NCBI GenBank assembly: GCA_951406725.2
Contig: OX597819.1
Span: 39,556,001 to 39,620,000, forward strand
Origin: Octopus vulgaris
Lineage: Eukaryota
Direction: 5' to 3'
Length of the DNA: 64,000 nt
Numbering within the stretch: the stretch's first letter is position 1; every line of letters starts with the position of its first letter. Shown in pieces: positions 29,331 to 42,622 of the stretch. The notes beneath the pieces were generated by a model that saw only the letters and a list, made by a program, of their open reading frames with translations, was not told the origin of the DNA and did not search any database. Made by a program: the position numbers and the translations under genes.

Positions 29331-30029
29331 CACGAACATTTTGTGTTTACATGTATATACATGAGAAAATGCGAACTATGCAACTTGCTGGATCTAGGTT
29401 GCCATGTAAGAAATTTTAAGCTACGTAATTTTAGTTACTTGAGTCTCGTAATTCAGATCTAAGTATCTCTCACTGTTTTATTTAGTGAGCCAGTTGCTTT
29501 ATTATCAGTTTGTGTCCTCACTTTATCTCAACAAGAATTTGTTCATAGAATTAAACGTCTGTTAGTTTGAAAGCATACAGTGGCATGATTTATTTAATTT
29601 TGTGTTAGTTATGCAATTGGTGAGTATACAACAGAATATGTGGGGGAGAATTTTTTAAGAGTAAAATGGAATAAGCAGAACAGGAAGAGACACGTGGGAT
29701 AAAGAGTCGCTAATGAGGTTACAAGATGTGGCTTCATCAGTGATTCTCGTATGTCGTATAATTTCGTACGTGATAGCTTGTATTTATGCATTATTAGCGG
29801 TTACTTTTTTTACGTTGTTAGATGGAAGAATTTTAAGATAATTTCAACTGCAGAAGGGTCCCAATAAGGCTGGGGCTTCCTCAACCCATATCAGATGCAA
29901 TTAAGTTGTTTAGTAAGGAGTATATTAATCCTACTTTGGTTAATTAATTTCCTTTCCTTGTTTGTTCATTCTTGAGATTATTTTTTGCTTTATTTTTATG
30001 GATATTATATAGTAGGTATTTAAACCAAA

Positions 30030-32839
30030 ACGAACGATACCCTTCGCAGCGATGAAGCGAGTCAATATAGAACTAGAGAGACTAGAAAACATTGGAGTTA
30101 TCCAAAAAGTGGAATATTCTAAATAGGAAGAATGAACAGTGTATATTAAAAAATAATAAAATCAGTGTGTGCGCTGGTTTTTCTACTGGTTTAATCGAAT
30201 GCTTTAAAACGTGCCACTATCCGCCACCTACTTTGGAAGATATTTTTTGCCAAATTAAATGGTGAAAAGATATTTTCTAAACTGGATCTCTCTGACGCGT
30301 ACCTACGAGTTAGAATAGACAATGAATGCTCGAAATACCTAACAGTTAACACGCGTAAACGACTGCATAAGTACAACAGGTTACCTACCATTTGGTTTAA
30401 AAGTCGCACCAGCGATTTTTCAACAGATTATGGATGCAATATTAGCAGACTGTGAAACCGCAATTCCATACCTTGTTATATACTCATTAAAAGTGAATCC
30501 AGGGATCAACACGTCGAGCACATAAAATATGTATTTGAAAAAAATTAAGGGTTACGGCTTTACCTTGAGTGAAGAAAAGTGTGAACTTTTCTTGCTAGAA
30601 ATAAGATATTTTGTTGAAGTCATTGACAGAAATTACCGACGACTTGAGCCGTCGAGTGCAGGCGCAATTAAATATATACCTCCTCTGACTAATATAGCGA
30701 CCGTACAAGCATTTTTAGGACTGGCCAATTATTGCCAAAATGACTTCCCAAATATGCATAAATATGCTCCACTGAATGAATTGCTGAAAAATGATATGAA
30801 ATGGAATTGGTCAGACAATTGCCAAAAAGCGTTTGATAAAATTTTTTTAAATATTAATATCTGATTTGTCGTTAGCTCACTTCCATCCTGAAGCAGTGAT
30901 TCTTGTAGCTTCAGACGCTTCTGAGTACTGTATAGGAACAATAATGCTACATAAATATAAAAATGGTAATATGAAGGTAGTGGTTCATGACACACGTTCT
31001 CTGATATCAGCAGAAAAAAAATTATAGTCAAATCGAAAAAGAAGTTCTAGTGATCATTTTGCCGTGAAAAAATTTCACAGATATTTGTAGGTAGAAGTTT
31101 TCGGCTACCGCCTGATCAGCAACCGTTATTATTGATATTTGGGTCGATAAAAAGGAAATCCTACTTATACTGCAAATAGGTTACAACGTTGGGCTACGAT
31201 ATTATTAAACTGCGATTTCAAGATGGAGTATTAGATCGTGAATATTGTCTGTCAAGACTGATTTCAAAGAATGCGGAACCATTCGAAGATACTGTTATTG
31301 CTGCTTTGCGAGCGAAAAATGAAATTATAAATGTTCTGTGTAACGTCATTCATGAATTGCCAGTTAGATTACCAGACATAAAATTAAAGTTGGAGAACGA
31401 TAAATTCATTGTACAAATGAAAGCAACACTGAAAGCTAACGAAAATAGAAATATGCGAAATATTTCTTACTGTGCGACAATGTGTTGATGTATGCACAAA
31501 GAGTCTTAGTGCCAGCCGAACTACAAAAACTTTTATTAAAATAATTTCATATTGGTCACCCAGGGACTTCGAGAATGAAATCAGTTACGTATATTGGCCT
31601 ACAATGGACCGTGACATTGAAAAGTCGGTGAAATCTTGTAGAGGTTGTGTCCTTGCAGCCAAGTCACCACCAGTAAAATTCCAACTGTGGCCTAAAATCA
31701 GCAAATGGCGCATATTACTTTATTGTAGTAGATAGTTATACTAAGTGGCCGAAAATATATGTAGATGCAGGAAACCAACCTTGGCGGTAACAACTGAATT
31801 TCTTCATGAACTCTTTGTAAGATATGGTGTCCCGGACACCATAGTATCCGATAACAGTACGCAATTTACGATGTATAAGTTAAAAAAATTTGGAAAATCT
31901 ACGCAGCTAAACACATCTCTACTCCACCATATCACCCAAGTTCAAACGGGCAAGCGGAACGGTTTGTGGATACATTTAAAAGAGCCTTAAAGAAATCAAG
32001 AAATGAGCTGGTTGTTGACACACCATTGACACAATTCTTGAGGGTTTATAGGATAATATCAAGCCTTGTTCAGGCAAGTCGCCTGCAGAACTAATGTTTG
32101 CTTGAAAAATAAAGTCAATTTTTGACAAGCTGTTACTAGTAAGAAAAACCAATAGGGAAAACACTAAAAATAAGACGAAGTATTTTAATATCGGTGACAA
32201 GGTGTTTTTCAAAATATATTTTTTTAAATGGAAGAGAAGGTTGGGAAGACGGAGTAGTAACAAAAAGAATAAGCAAAATGACGTATATGATAAGGGACGA
32301 AAATTGAGAACACAAAAGCCATTTAAACCACCTAAAAAATCGATTTACGGACAAAAGAAAAGAGATACCCATGGAAGTTCTCTACAACACCTTTGCTGTT
32401 CCAACACCACAAGAAGGCGAACCTAGGCGTAGCAGCACAAGAAAGAGGAAGCAAACATAACAATTGTAAGTAGTGCCTAAACGGAAGAAATATTAAACTT
32501 CCCTAGGAAGAAAATCTCAAAACAGGGAGATGTTGTGAAAGAATATAAATAAAAGTAATAATAATATTAACTTCCAACAGAAGTCAATTTCAAAAGGGGC
32601 AGATGTTGTGGCGAGACACATTGACACCCCTGTGGGATTGGAAGAATGGACTAGCCGAACTCTTATAAAAAGCAGTGCATTGGTTGAGACGAGAAAGAAG
32701 TCGTTGGAGCCGTTGAGAGTTCGTGGAAGTCTTTGAGATCGTATTTATTGGAGAATTGTGTTTAGTGGAGTAATTTGAAGTAGGTCGAGTGAAGACAGTT
32801 GTGTTTATCTCTGCTTCATGAAATTCTGTATATCCAACG
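30030..32839 (+). mobile_element. decayed Ty3/Gypsy LTR retrotransposon (RT-RNaseH-integrase, PPT, 3' LTR)
   Basis: Frameshifted motifs: FSKLDLSDAY, PFGLKVAPAIFQQIMD, QAFLGLANY, VASDASEY, NYSQIEKE, HIGHPG...WPTMDRDIEKSVKSCRGC, GVPDTIVSDNSTQF, PYHPSSNGQAERFV; PPT then TGTTGTG at 32531 and 32604. RT-RH-IN order indicates Gypsy. Confidence 0.9.
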
Positions 32840-32972
32840 TAAGGAAGGAGCGAAGAGTTAGAAAACTAAATGCATCAGAACCTTCTGCACATATACGCAT
32901 GTGTTTGTGTGCGTGTACGTATTCGTGTGTATATATATATATGAATGTATATGTATGTATATGCACATATAA

Positions 32973-33073
<101 letters not shown>

Positions 33074-33151
33074 CATATATATGTGTGTATATGTATATAT
33101 ATATATATATGTATATTTATGTGTATGTATGTATATATATATGTATATATG

Positions 33152-33702
33152 CTTGCATCTCTCCTGTCACATGGGAAGGCATAGCTATTGATCGTAGCAG
33201 GTGGAGAAGGATTGTGCATGAGGGGACAGCCACTTTTGAAAAATCTTGAGTTGCATATGAGAAAGTAAGGAGGGATGTCAGGAAGGGCATCGCTGTTACA
33301 CTTCCAGAAGGGAAGGGTCTTCCTTTGATTCTGACATGCAATGTCTGTGCAAGACCCTGCCTCAGTAAAGATGGACTCATGAGTCATCTTCGTAGTCATA
33401 AAACGAACAGATGAGTGACAACCTGGCCACTGGTGGTGGTGTAACACCCCATACTAATCATATCTGTCGGGCATGTGGAAGAGAGTGTAATTCGGCAGGA
33501 GGACTTAAAGGACTTGCAAAGGTACATGAAGCCCAGTTACAACTACAGCCGGCTATTACCAGTAAAGGTTTTAGTTGCCAATTTTGTACAAGACATTGTA
33601 GATCTTTAGCTGGGCTAAAAAGTCACACTCGATCACAGCACCAATTACAGTTAAGCTTCGTGCAATGGCCATACTCGATAACGAGGGGGCAGCCATAATA
33701 AT
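33152..33702 (+). mobile_element. RTE-type LINE 3' end with C2H2 zinc fingers
   Basis: [24 protein letters not shown] followed by [29 protein letters not shown]...KVH and [22 protein letters not shown]; ends in a short hairpin plus ATAATAATA. Confidence 0.75.
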
Positions 33703-33841
33703 ACATGTGTATATATATATCTATATATATATGTATATATATATGTATATATACATATATACGTATAAGTATATGTATATATGTATATATATATGTATAT
33801 ATATACATATATATTTGTATATATATATGTATATATACATA

Positions 33842-34408
33842 TACTACCGTCAGAAATTAATTAGCACCCTTGATTTGCTCACCATGAAGCATGGTGGGGG
33901 TGGTCTGATGGTGTGAGGGGCGTTCAGCTACAGTGGTGTTGGGCGGCTCTATGCCGTCGAAGGCAACATCAACGCAGCAAAGTACGTTGAGATAGTACGG
34001 GATACCTCTTTGGTGGCGAGGAGTACGTGCTGGCCAGTCACCTGACCTGAACCCTATTGAGAACCTCTGGAGTCGATTGGGTAGGGATTTGAATGTGCAG
34101 CAATACAGGAACCGACACGAGCTGTTTGGGGCTCTTCTTGCTGCATGAGGGGCCATCCCTGCACAGTACCTGCAGGCACTCATAGACAGCATGCCGACCC
34201 GCGTAGCAGCTGTCATTGCTGCCAAAGGAGGAGCAACAAGATATTGACTAAATTTCACGATTAATAACAATTATGTGGTGTGCTGGGATGTGTTTTAATA
34301 AATTCTTGATTAAAAACGAGTTCATTTCTGATAATAAGTTAATTAAATTAAGAAAATGTAAGAAAATGTAGAAATTTGAGAAGTGCTAATTAATTTCCGA
34401 CGCAAGTG
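33842..34408 (+). mobile_element. internally deleted Tc1 element
   Basis: TIRs ...CGTCAGAAATTAATTAGCAC / GTGCTAATTAATTTCCGACG...GTG|TA; transposase pieces [41 protein letters not shown]. Confidence 0.88.
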
Positions 34409-34899
34409 TATATATATGTATGTATATGTGTATATATATGCATATATATAAGTATATATATATACATATATACATGTATATGTCTATATATATATATATA
34501 TGTATATCATATATATACTTATATATATATATGAATGTATATGTATGTATATGCACATATAAGTATATATATGTATATGTATGTATATGTATATATATAT
34601 ATGTATATATATATGTACATATATATGTATATGTAAGTATACATGTATATATAAGTATATATATGTATATATACATATATATATGTGTGTGTATATGTAT
34701 ATATATATGTGTATATTTCTGTATATATATGTATATACGTGTATATATTTATTTATATATATGTACATATATATATATGTATATATATATGCATATATAT
34801 ACATATATATTTGTATATATATATATATAACTAAACAATGAACTCTTTACATAAAATATTATCTCGATTACCGAAGTAAAGTGCCCGCACTCAGCTGTA

Positions 34900-35700
34900 T
34901 TCTTCAAGTGGAATTGCATGGTGAAAGTTGGCTCAATTGACCTGGCACTTCTCGTCACTTACAGTCACCGTTTAGTGAATTCGATGGAACACAATACTTC
35001 CCTCTCTGACCTCGCTTTTATCCACAAGTGGAACCAGGAGAGGATATTGAGGTTCTGGGCTTGGGCCGAAGAGGATGGTGCCTGTTTTCAGTTCTCTGAA
35101 ATGTTGTTGATCATGCAATCTGTTCTCTCTTGGCCACTAAACATGAATATTGTCTTTCCTTCCCGATCAAATGAAGGCGGAGAGAAAACATTACAATAGG
35201 CTTCGCTAAAAGCCGAGTCTGTTTTGAGGTTTTCCAATTACAGTAGCTCAACATAACGCCACAAACCGGCATTGTACGAATTTGTGAGGAAGGGTTTCGT
35301 TGCCCTGTGTGTTTTTCGGACTCCTATCTGACGGTATTATTAACGTCTGTAAAGTTTATTTCGAACTATCAATGCCTACTCATCACCAATAGCAGTACCC
35401 AGCCGGGGATTTCTAGACGTTGTCTGTATTCCTGGACTGATAGTTCTTCGAAATAAGCTATTCCTTTCACCTTCGTCAGATCCTAAAGAATCCGGGAAAC
35501 GTCGACACTTTTACCTGCCACTAACTCCCTATAGAATACAGGGACTAAGATACCAGCGGCTACATTGCTGACTGGTAGAGAACTGTGAGCGTTCAACAAC
35601 ATGCCTTGCTTGGCCTATGATTTCGGCTCTGACAAAGAGACGTGCCTCACAAATGGCAACCACACTTCCTCGTTAGTCAAGAACTTCTGAGGTACCACAG
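34900..35700 (-). mobile_element. decayed L1/Tx1-type LINE ORF2 C-terminus (zf-RVT-like)
   Basis: Minus-strand fragments ALIVRNKLYRR, GNETLPHKFVQC (ET..H....C), FHLWIKARSEREVL; many stops. Confidence 0.5.
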
Positions 35701-37139
35701 TTATAACACATACTTGCACTTCAGCAACTACGTCATACCGAGTCCCCTTTACGTAAATACCAACTGGTAAGTTAAAGATTAAATGTCAATAATGTCAACT
35801 TGGAATTCGTTCTCCTATGTTTATTGGGTTTTAGTTAACAAGAAAAGGAAGAAAAATATATTAAAATACCTCCTCTCTGTATAATATTACTTTGCGAAAT
35901 CTAATCTTGACGAAATCAAATTAACATTGAATAGTTGTATTGCTAACAAAAAGTTACTGAGGACTGGTGTAAGTTACCTTATGTATTCATGGCTGCTGTC
36001 TACTCAGTTTTTTAGAAACCTTATCGAGTTTCTTATTTTCACAACGTGAAGTCGCAACTAACAAAGTGGTTAGAAAGTCTGCTTACAAGCATAAGGATTG
36101 ATAGTTCGTATAGTTGCTCGGCGTAGCATTGTTATGATTGGAAAAGGAATTCGGCAGCAATTAATTGTCATTAGTAAGAGAGTAAACTCTTCGGTTTTCC
36201 CTGGCATTTATCCTTGTTACTCTTAGGAAACGAACCGTCCTCCACATCACTGGTCTTCACTGAAATGATAGCTTTGCAGTGTCATACAACATAGGCGACC
36301 ATCGAAGTCCTCCTTTCAGGTCAACTCTCTGCATCAATGCATCAGTCCTTAGAAATCTAGTATTTGGGCTATTTCTGTTTTCACTCTTCTTTAATGATCT
36401 GATTAAAGCCCATGAAAATGAGCTGTAAGCTTTACGGTGACAATTCCTTTCTATTTAGGTCAGTAAGATTGACAGAAGGAAGCAAAACAACAGCAGTCAG
36501 CTTAGCTTGAAAAAGAAAATTACGAGAATGGAAACCTTGGCAGATGAGAGGTAAGTCAGATGTGAGCCATCAAAATATTAAATATTTCTATTACAGAAAA
36601 AAAGCCTACCAAAACTGGCATTTCATGTTGGGGATTACAGGCTGTCTATGTAAAAATAACTTCAGATTCTGAATATAACTATATACTGCAGGTCTGTGTG
36701 GGCGTCACTTATCTACAATATCTGCAATATAGTTACACAGAGGATTGGAGTGCTGCAAACAGTGTAGGAAACCTGGACTAAGAAGGGGAAAAAAACTATC
36801 ATTTCCAATGTAAAACTGCATTTAACAAACTCACTAAACTCAGAAAAAATTCTCTTAGGATTATGGCTGTTGATGGTGTTAAACCTGGGGAAAACTCGCT
36901 GTCAAAGATTTATAACACAACACAGGTTACTGTGCCGCAAGTCATTAGAACTACCGCTGAAGTATGAAAGACACTGTTTTAAAATTACCACTACACTAAT
37001 ACCTAAGCTAGGCCTAGTGATACACAGTGCCAAACAAAACTATGGCCTAGAAAAGTCTTCATTCAACTACGAAGACTATGAAAAAAAAACCTTCAGACAC
37101 TGTCACAAGATGAGATGGGGTTAGTCCACATTACTTAGC

Positions 37140-37260
37140 AAGGAACATAGAGCCGGTTTCCCGGTTTCTCTGGCGTGTATATTCCTCGCAAATCAGGACG
37201 ATGGCCCGTTGCAGGCTTACTCTTTTTATTGAGCTGAGTTGACTGGAGCAATGTGAAATG
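37140..37260 (-). mobile_element. SINE family D fragment
   Basis: GCCGGTTTCCCGGTTTC...GACTGGAGCAATGTGAAATG, as at 10590-10700. Confidence 0.65.
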
Positions 37261-37570
37261 TGACACAGGCTTTAAAATTCCCGGTGCACACACTCATTGC
37301 CATCACAAATGCATTGACCTACGTTCGTCGGAAATCTGTAACAAACGACGCTATTGTTCACAAATTTCTGACATATATAAACATAAAAGCAAAAATGTAA
37401 ACCTATATATATATTTGCATACATGCAGACAAGCGGCCACGTGTTTTTTGAGCCTGTCGGCTGTCAGTATTGTTGTTAGTGTTTGTTACAAACATAATGA
37501 ACTGGGGATTTAGACGTCTTTGTATACGTATATGTGTGTGTATAGATGTATATGCATGCGTGTGTTACGA

Positions 37571-37682
<112 letters not shown>

Positions 37683-37917
37683 AAATATATATATAGCGGC
37701 ACTTGAGTGTTGTCCAGAGTTTATGCTACAAAACCAATGTTTATGTTGGTACTGAGTAAATATATTCTACTATTATTACACCGGCAAAGACATTTTCGAT
37801 TATAAATTCCACTTTACCTGTTTTCCTAACCAATTCAACGATGCGTTTTTTCTCTCTCTTTCTTTCTTTCTTTTTTTCTTTCTTACCTTCCTTCTTTTTA
37901 CTCCCGTCTATATTTAC

Positions 37918-38135
37918 CTCCTCCTCCTTCTTCTTCTTCTTCTTCTTCTTCTTCTTCTTCTTCTTCTTCTTCTTCTTCTTCTTCTTCTTCTTCTTCTTCT
38001 TCTTCTTCTTCTTCTTCTTCTTCTTCTCCTTACCCACCTCTCCACCGTCTCTTTCGTCATCAGCTATGATCATAATCGTCGCCATAGCCGCCGCCGCAGC
38101 CGCTGCCGTCGCCATCATCATCATCATCGTCATCC
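37918..38135. repeat. (CTT)n plus (GCC)n/(ATC)n tract
   Basis: Directly visible. Confidence 0.9.
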
Positions 38136-38565
38136 CTCTTACTCTCCGCCCGCCATTTCATACGAAAGCAATTAGTGTTACGAGTTAGCTCTACACTTGC
38201 TCACCCCTAACTTCGTAACTTCTCTAAGTTGGCTCCAATAAGCGCCCTCTGTCGGGTTCTTTAAGTCTCTACTGTGTCACCTTTTGACACATCCCACCCG
38301 ACCCTGACAAAAATCTCATTAACTTATTGTAAAATCTCAATTACTTCCAGACCTGGTCCACCTCAGTCATTTAGTGTAAAATGTAGCCAATTTTTTTTTT
38401 ATTTCGCCCATGTTTTGTTTCTGCTGTTGATTTATGTTATTTTTTTAATATTTCGCTCTGCTCTTATTTCGCTGAGTTTCATTACATATATATTATATAT
38501 TTTCTCTCACCTCTTCGTTTCTCCCTTGCTATCTCGTACTTTCCATCTCTCTCTCCTTCTCTCAC

Positions 38566-38596
<31 letters not shown>

Positions 38597-38834
38597 GTAT
38601 GTATGTATGTATAAAAATACAAACTGGGACAAGAACGCAAAACATTTAGGAGACGATACAAAAAACACGGACGGGACATTCGAACCGTTCAATCTTCAGT
38701 CAATTTCGGCTGATTAATCTTGAGATTGCTCCAATCTGGCCAGCCCCAAGGAAAAACTAAGCTAAGCGCATTAGATTCCTTGGAAGAAAATTTCGAATGT
38801 ATACAAAACAAGGACACACACATATGTATAGATA

Positions 38835-38886
<52 letters not shown>

Positions 38887-39052
38887 TGCACAAACAGAAA
38901 GTAATGGAGGGGAGGGGAAGTGAGAGAGTTATTCAATACAGCCATCTATTCATTCATCCAACCATATATATAAAATAGATATGTGCGTGGGTGTGTTCGT
39001 ATGTACAAATATATATGATATGCAGACAAAGCTATATCTATTTATCTATCTA

Positions 39053-39110
<58 letters not shown>

Positions 39111-39325
39111 CTCATCTTATAATAAACTTTTTGATACTTTTTGATAATTATATATAATTATAAAAAAAATAATAAATATAAATATAAATTAATAATTTTA
39201 AATTTAGTTAATTTAAATTTTAAATTTTATATTTTAATTATTTTTATTTTTATGTTTTGGTTTATGTTTTTCACTGTTTGATTTGCCTAATAGTGGTTTT
39301 AGCTTTAATTTAATTTATATATATA

Positions 39326-39616
<291 letters not shown>

Positions 39617-40534
39617 AAATATGCTTGTATCTTCGATGTCGTGTCTCTATAAAACACTTTTGTCAATATGTTCAACAAACCTTGCTTGGCGTTGTTATTT
39701 TCACATAGCATAATAGCTTCAAATTTTTGCAAAGAGACAACAGTTTTTGAAGAGAAGGTGAAGTCGATTACAGAGCTCATCTGGTACTTAGTTTATCGGT
39801 CGCAAAAAGAAAAGCAAAGTCGACCTCGGCTGAATTTGTCCGCGGTGCTATCGGTTCTGCCAGCTTACCGCTATATTTTCCCAAAGTTAATATTATAATA
39901 TTTCCCAAATAAACCCTATTCTAAAACTGAAGATAAATATTTCTAAGATAAATTTTTCCTCTTATTTTCCACTAAAACAGTTATTCTTATATGCTATAAT
40001 GTATAAGAGTAAATATGTTTCGTAAATAAACTTTGTTTCATAACCGAGCAAATGTTTTTAAAACCGTTTATCTTCTAAAGTAGTTTTCCTGGCATAGCAT
40101 AATAAAAGTATTTGAATGTTACAATATTTTCCTCAATAAACCCTCTTTTGAAACTGTAAATATGTGAAACTTTTTTAACATCGATTTCCATATTTTCCTA
40201 TGAAATATTTCAAGTTCCGTGCTTTGAGTATTGAATTTTTCTGACTCCAAGCTTTCGGTTTTCTGACTTTAGGTCATTTAAGTTCGGCCTTCTAACGTAC
40301 AGTCTCGTTGCTTGCGGTTTTTTGACCAAAACCCATGCAAACATACACACATATGCGCGTGCACACCCACAAACAAACATATGTATGGGCGTGCACACCC
40401 ACAAACATATATATATATATATATATACATATGTTTGTGGGTGTGCACAACACTAACATTTAGATATATACATATGTACATATACACATACATTCGTGTA
40501 TACATATATATTTATATTTAGAATATGCAAATAT

Positions 40535-40571
<37 letters not shown>

Positions 40572-40572
<1 letters not shown>

Positions 40573-40794
40573 TCTTTTACTGTTTTACTTGTTTCAGTCA
40601 TTTGACTGCGGCCATGCTGGAGCACCCCCTTTAGTAGAGGAAATCGACCCCCAGGACTTATTCTTTGTAAGCCTAGTACTTATTCTACCGGTATCTTTTG
40701 CCGAACCGCTAAGTTACAGGGACGTAAACACGCCAGCATCGGTTGTCAAGTGATATTGAAGGGGGGACAAACACAGACACACAAACACTCACAC

Positions 40795-40837
<43 letters not shown>

Positions 40838-40962
40838 CATACGACGAGCTTCTTTCAGTTTCCGTCCACTCACAAGTCTTCCCGAGGTGCCACGCAGTGG
40901 GACTGAACCCGGAACCATGTGGCTGGTAAGCAAGCTACTTACCACACAGCTACTCCCGCGCC
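40572..40962 (-). mobile_element. SINE family A with internal deletion
   Basis: Head and tail recognisable. Confidence 0.88.
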
Positions 40963-40970
40963 TATATATA

Positions 40971-41012
<42 letters not shown>

Positions 41013-41901
41013 CGTGCTACAAATCCATATATTTATCCACAATCCTTTAATTCTTTAGTAATTTAATGATGTTCTAACCATCGTTGCCAAGAACTTACCG
41101 AGACAAAGCGCCACCAGGAATCGAACACACGATCTTACGATCGTGAGCCGAATACCCCTGACCACTAAGCCGCATGCCTTCATATAAAGCGAGCTAGAAC
41201 AATTATATGAATAACAGAACTACTAGGAGACGATGCTATAGAGAGGAAAATGTTGCGTCAAAACCGCGAGCAGAAATCCTTTTTGCAGAACTCATAAAGA
41301 CAGCTAAAAAACTATTTTATACTCGCCACTTTATCATTGACAGAAGTGAGTAGAAGCATCACATTTAGTTTCAAAAAAGTTAGGAAACTCAGTGATACAA
41401 TATTAAATAATCCTGATAATGAGCTAATATTTACTCTCATAAAGATATACAACCTATTTTATCAGTCAGTATATTTCAAACAAAAAAAACCACGCGTGTC
41501 TGTGAATAAAGATCAAAGTGTATTTGAGGTGTCATAGAAAGCTATTATAAAGATTAACTTCTCAGCCACATCATAAGCACAAGATAAGATAGATCCAACA
41601 AAGAAGAAAACAACGTGGTAGACGAGTTAATAAGGGTGCCTCCATGTACTAGCCTCAACTGCTAGAATTAGCAGCCAAATCTCCCTCAAATCACACCCTA
41701 TCGTTAAAAAAAAAGGGAAAGAAAATACGTTTGAAAATATAGTCATAGATATATACACACTACGTGAAAGTAAGATAGCGTGGTGTAGTCTCAGCTGGAT
41801 TATGGAATGCGTTCTAGTATAACTCTATACGATCAATAACTGACAACAACAGAAATCAGTTTATTAACATGACAGAACACATATACACACACACATACAC
41901 G

Positions 41902-41975
<74 letters not shown>

Positions 41976-42011
41976 TAAGGCGAGCCGGCTGAATCGTTAT
42001 GAATAATGAAT

Positions 42012-42300
42012 ATGTTCCTTCTCGAGCAATGTCTGGCTCATAAAGGCCGGTTTCCCGGTTTCTTGGCGTCCCTGGACCGGACGCCGGTCCGTCGCAGGTG
42101 AGCTGCAAGATGCAGGAGGAAAGAGAGAGAGAAAGTTGTGGCGAAAGAATCAGCAGACGTTTCGCCATTACCTTCTGTCGGAGCTGCGTGGAACTTAGGT
42201 GTTTCGCTCATAAACACACACATCGCCCGGTCTGAGATTCGAACCCGCGATCCCTCGACTGTGAGTCCGCTGCTCTAACCAATAGGCCATGTGCCTCCAC
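42012..42300 (-). mobile_element. chimeric SINE: family C head with family D-type tail
   Basis: Head GTGGAGGCACATGGCCTATTGGTTAGAGCAGCGG...GGTTCGAATCTC; tail GAAACCGGGAAACCGGCC. Confidence 0.75.
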
Positions 42301-42302
42301 AG

Positions 42303-42488
42303 GCTGAATCGTTAGCAGACCGGATAATGCTTAGCGGCATTCCGTACGTCTTTAAGCCCCGATTTCAAATTCCACTGTGGTCGACTTTTCCTCTCATCAT
42401 TTTGGGGGGCCGATAAAATAAGTACTAGTTGAGCACTGGGGGCGGTGTAATCGACTTTCCTCCTTACTCGAAATTACTGGCCTTGTGA
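42303..42488 (+). mobile_element. SINE family B, divergent
   Basis: GGCTGAATCGTTA occurs at 41987 and 42302, flanking the chimeric SINE as a probable TSD; central block present. Confidence 0.65.
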
Positions 42489-42537
42489 TACATCATATGC
42501 GATACAATATCTGAGACAATATATTTCTCAACAAACA

Positions 42538-42622
42538 GGCGTAGGAGTGGCTGTGTGGTAAGTAGCTTGCTTACCAACCACATGGTTCCGGGTTCAGCCC
42601 CACTACGTGGCACCTTGGGCAA
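42538..42622 (+). mobile_element. SINE family A head only
   Basis: Ends at CACCTTGGGCAAG, abutting the truncated left TIR of the Tc1. Confidence 0.8.

Noticed and set aside
29700-29745. CTGATGA motifs here and at 8152, 45916 and 59352 as hammerheads
   Set aside because: No properly placed helix II and GAAA.
38660-38800. Hammerhead in minus-strand CTGAAGA-TTGAACGGTTC-GAATGTC
   Set aside because: GAAU instead of GAAA and weak stems; possibly a retroelement terminus but not supportable.
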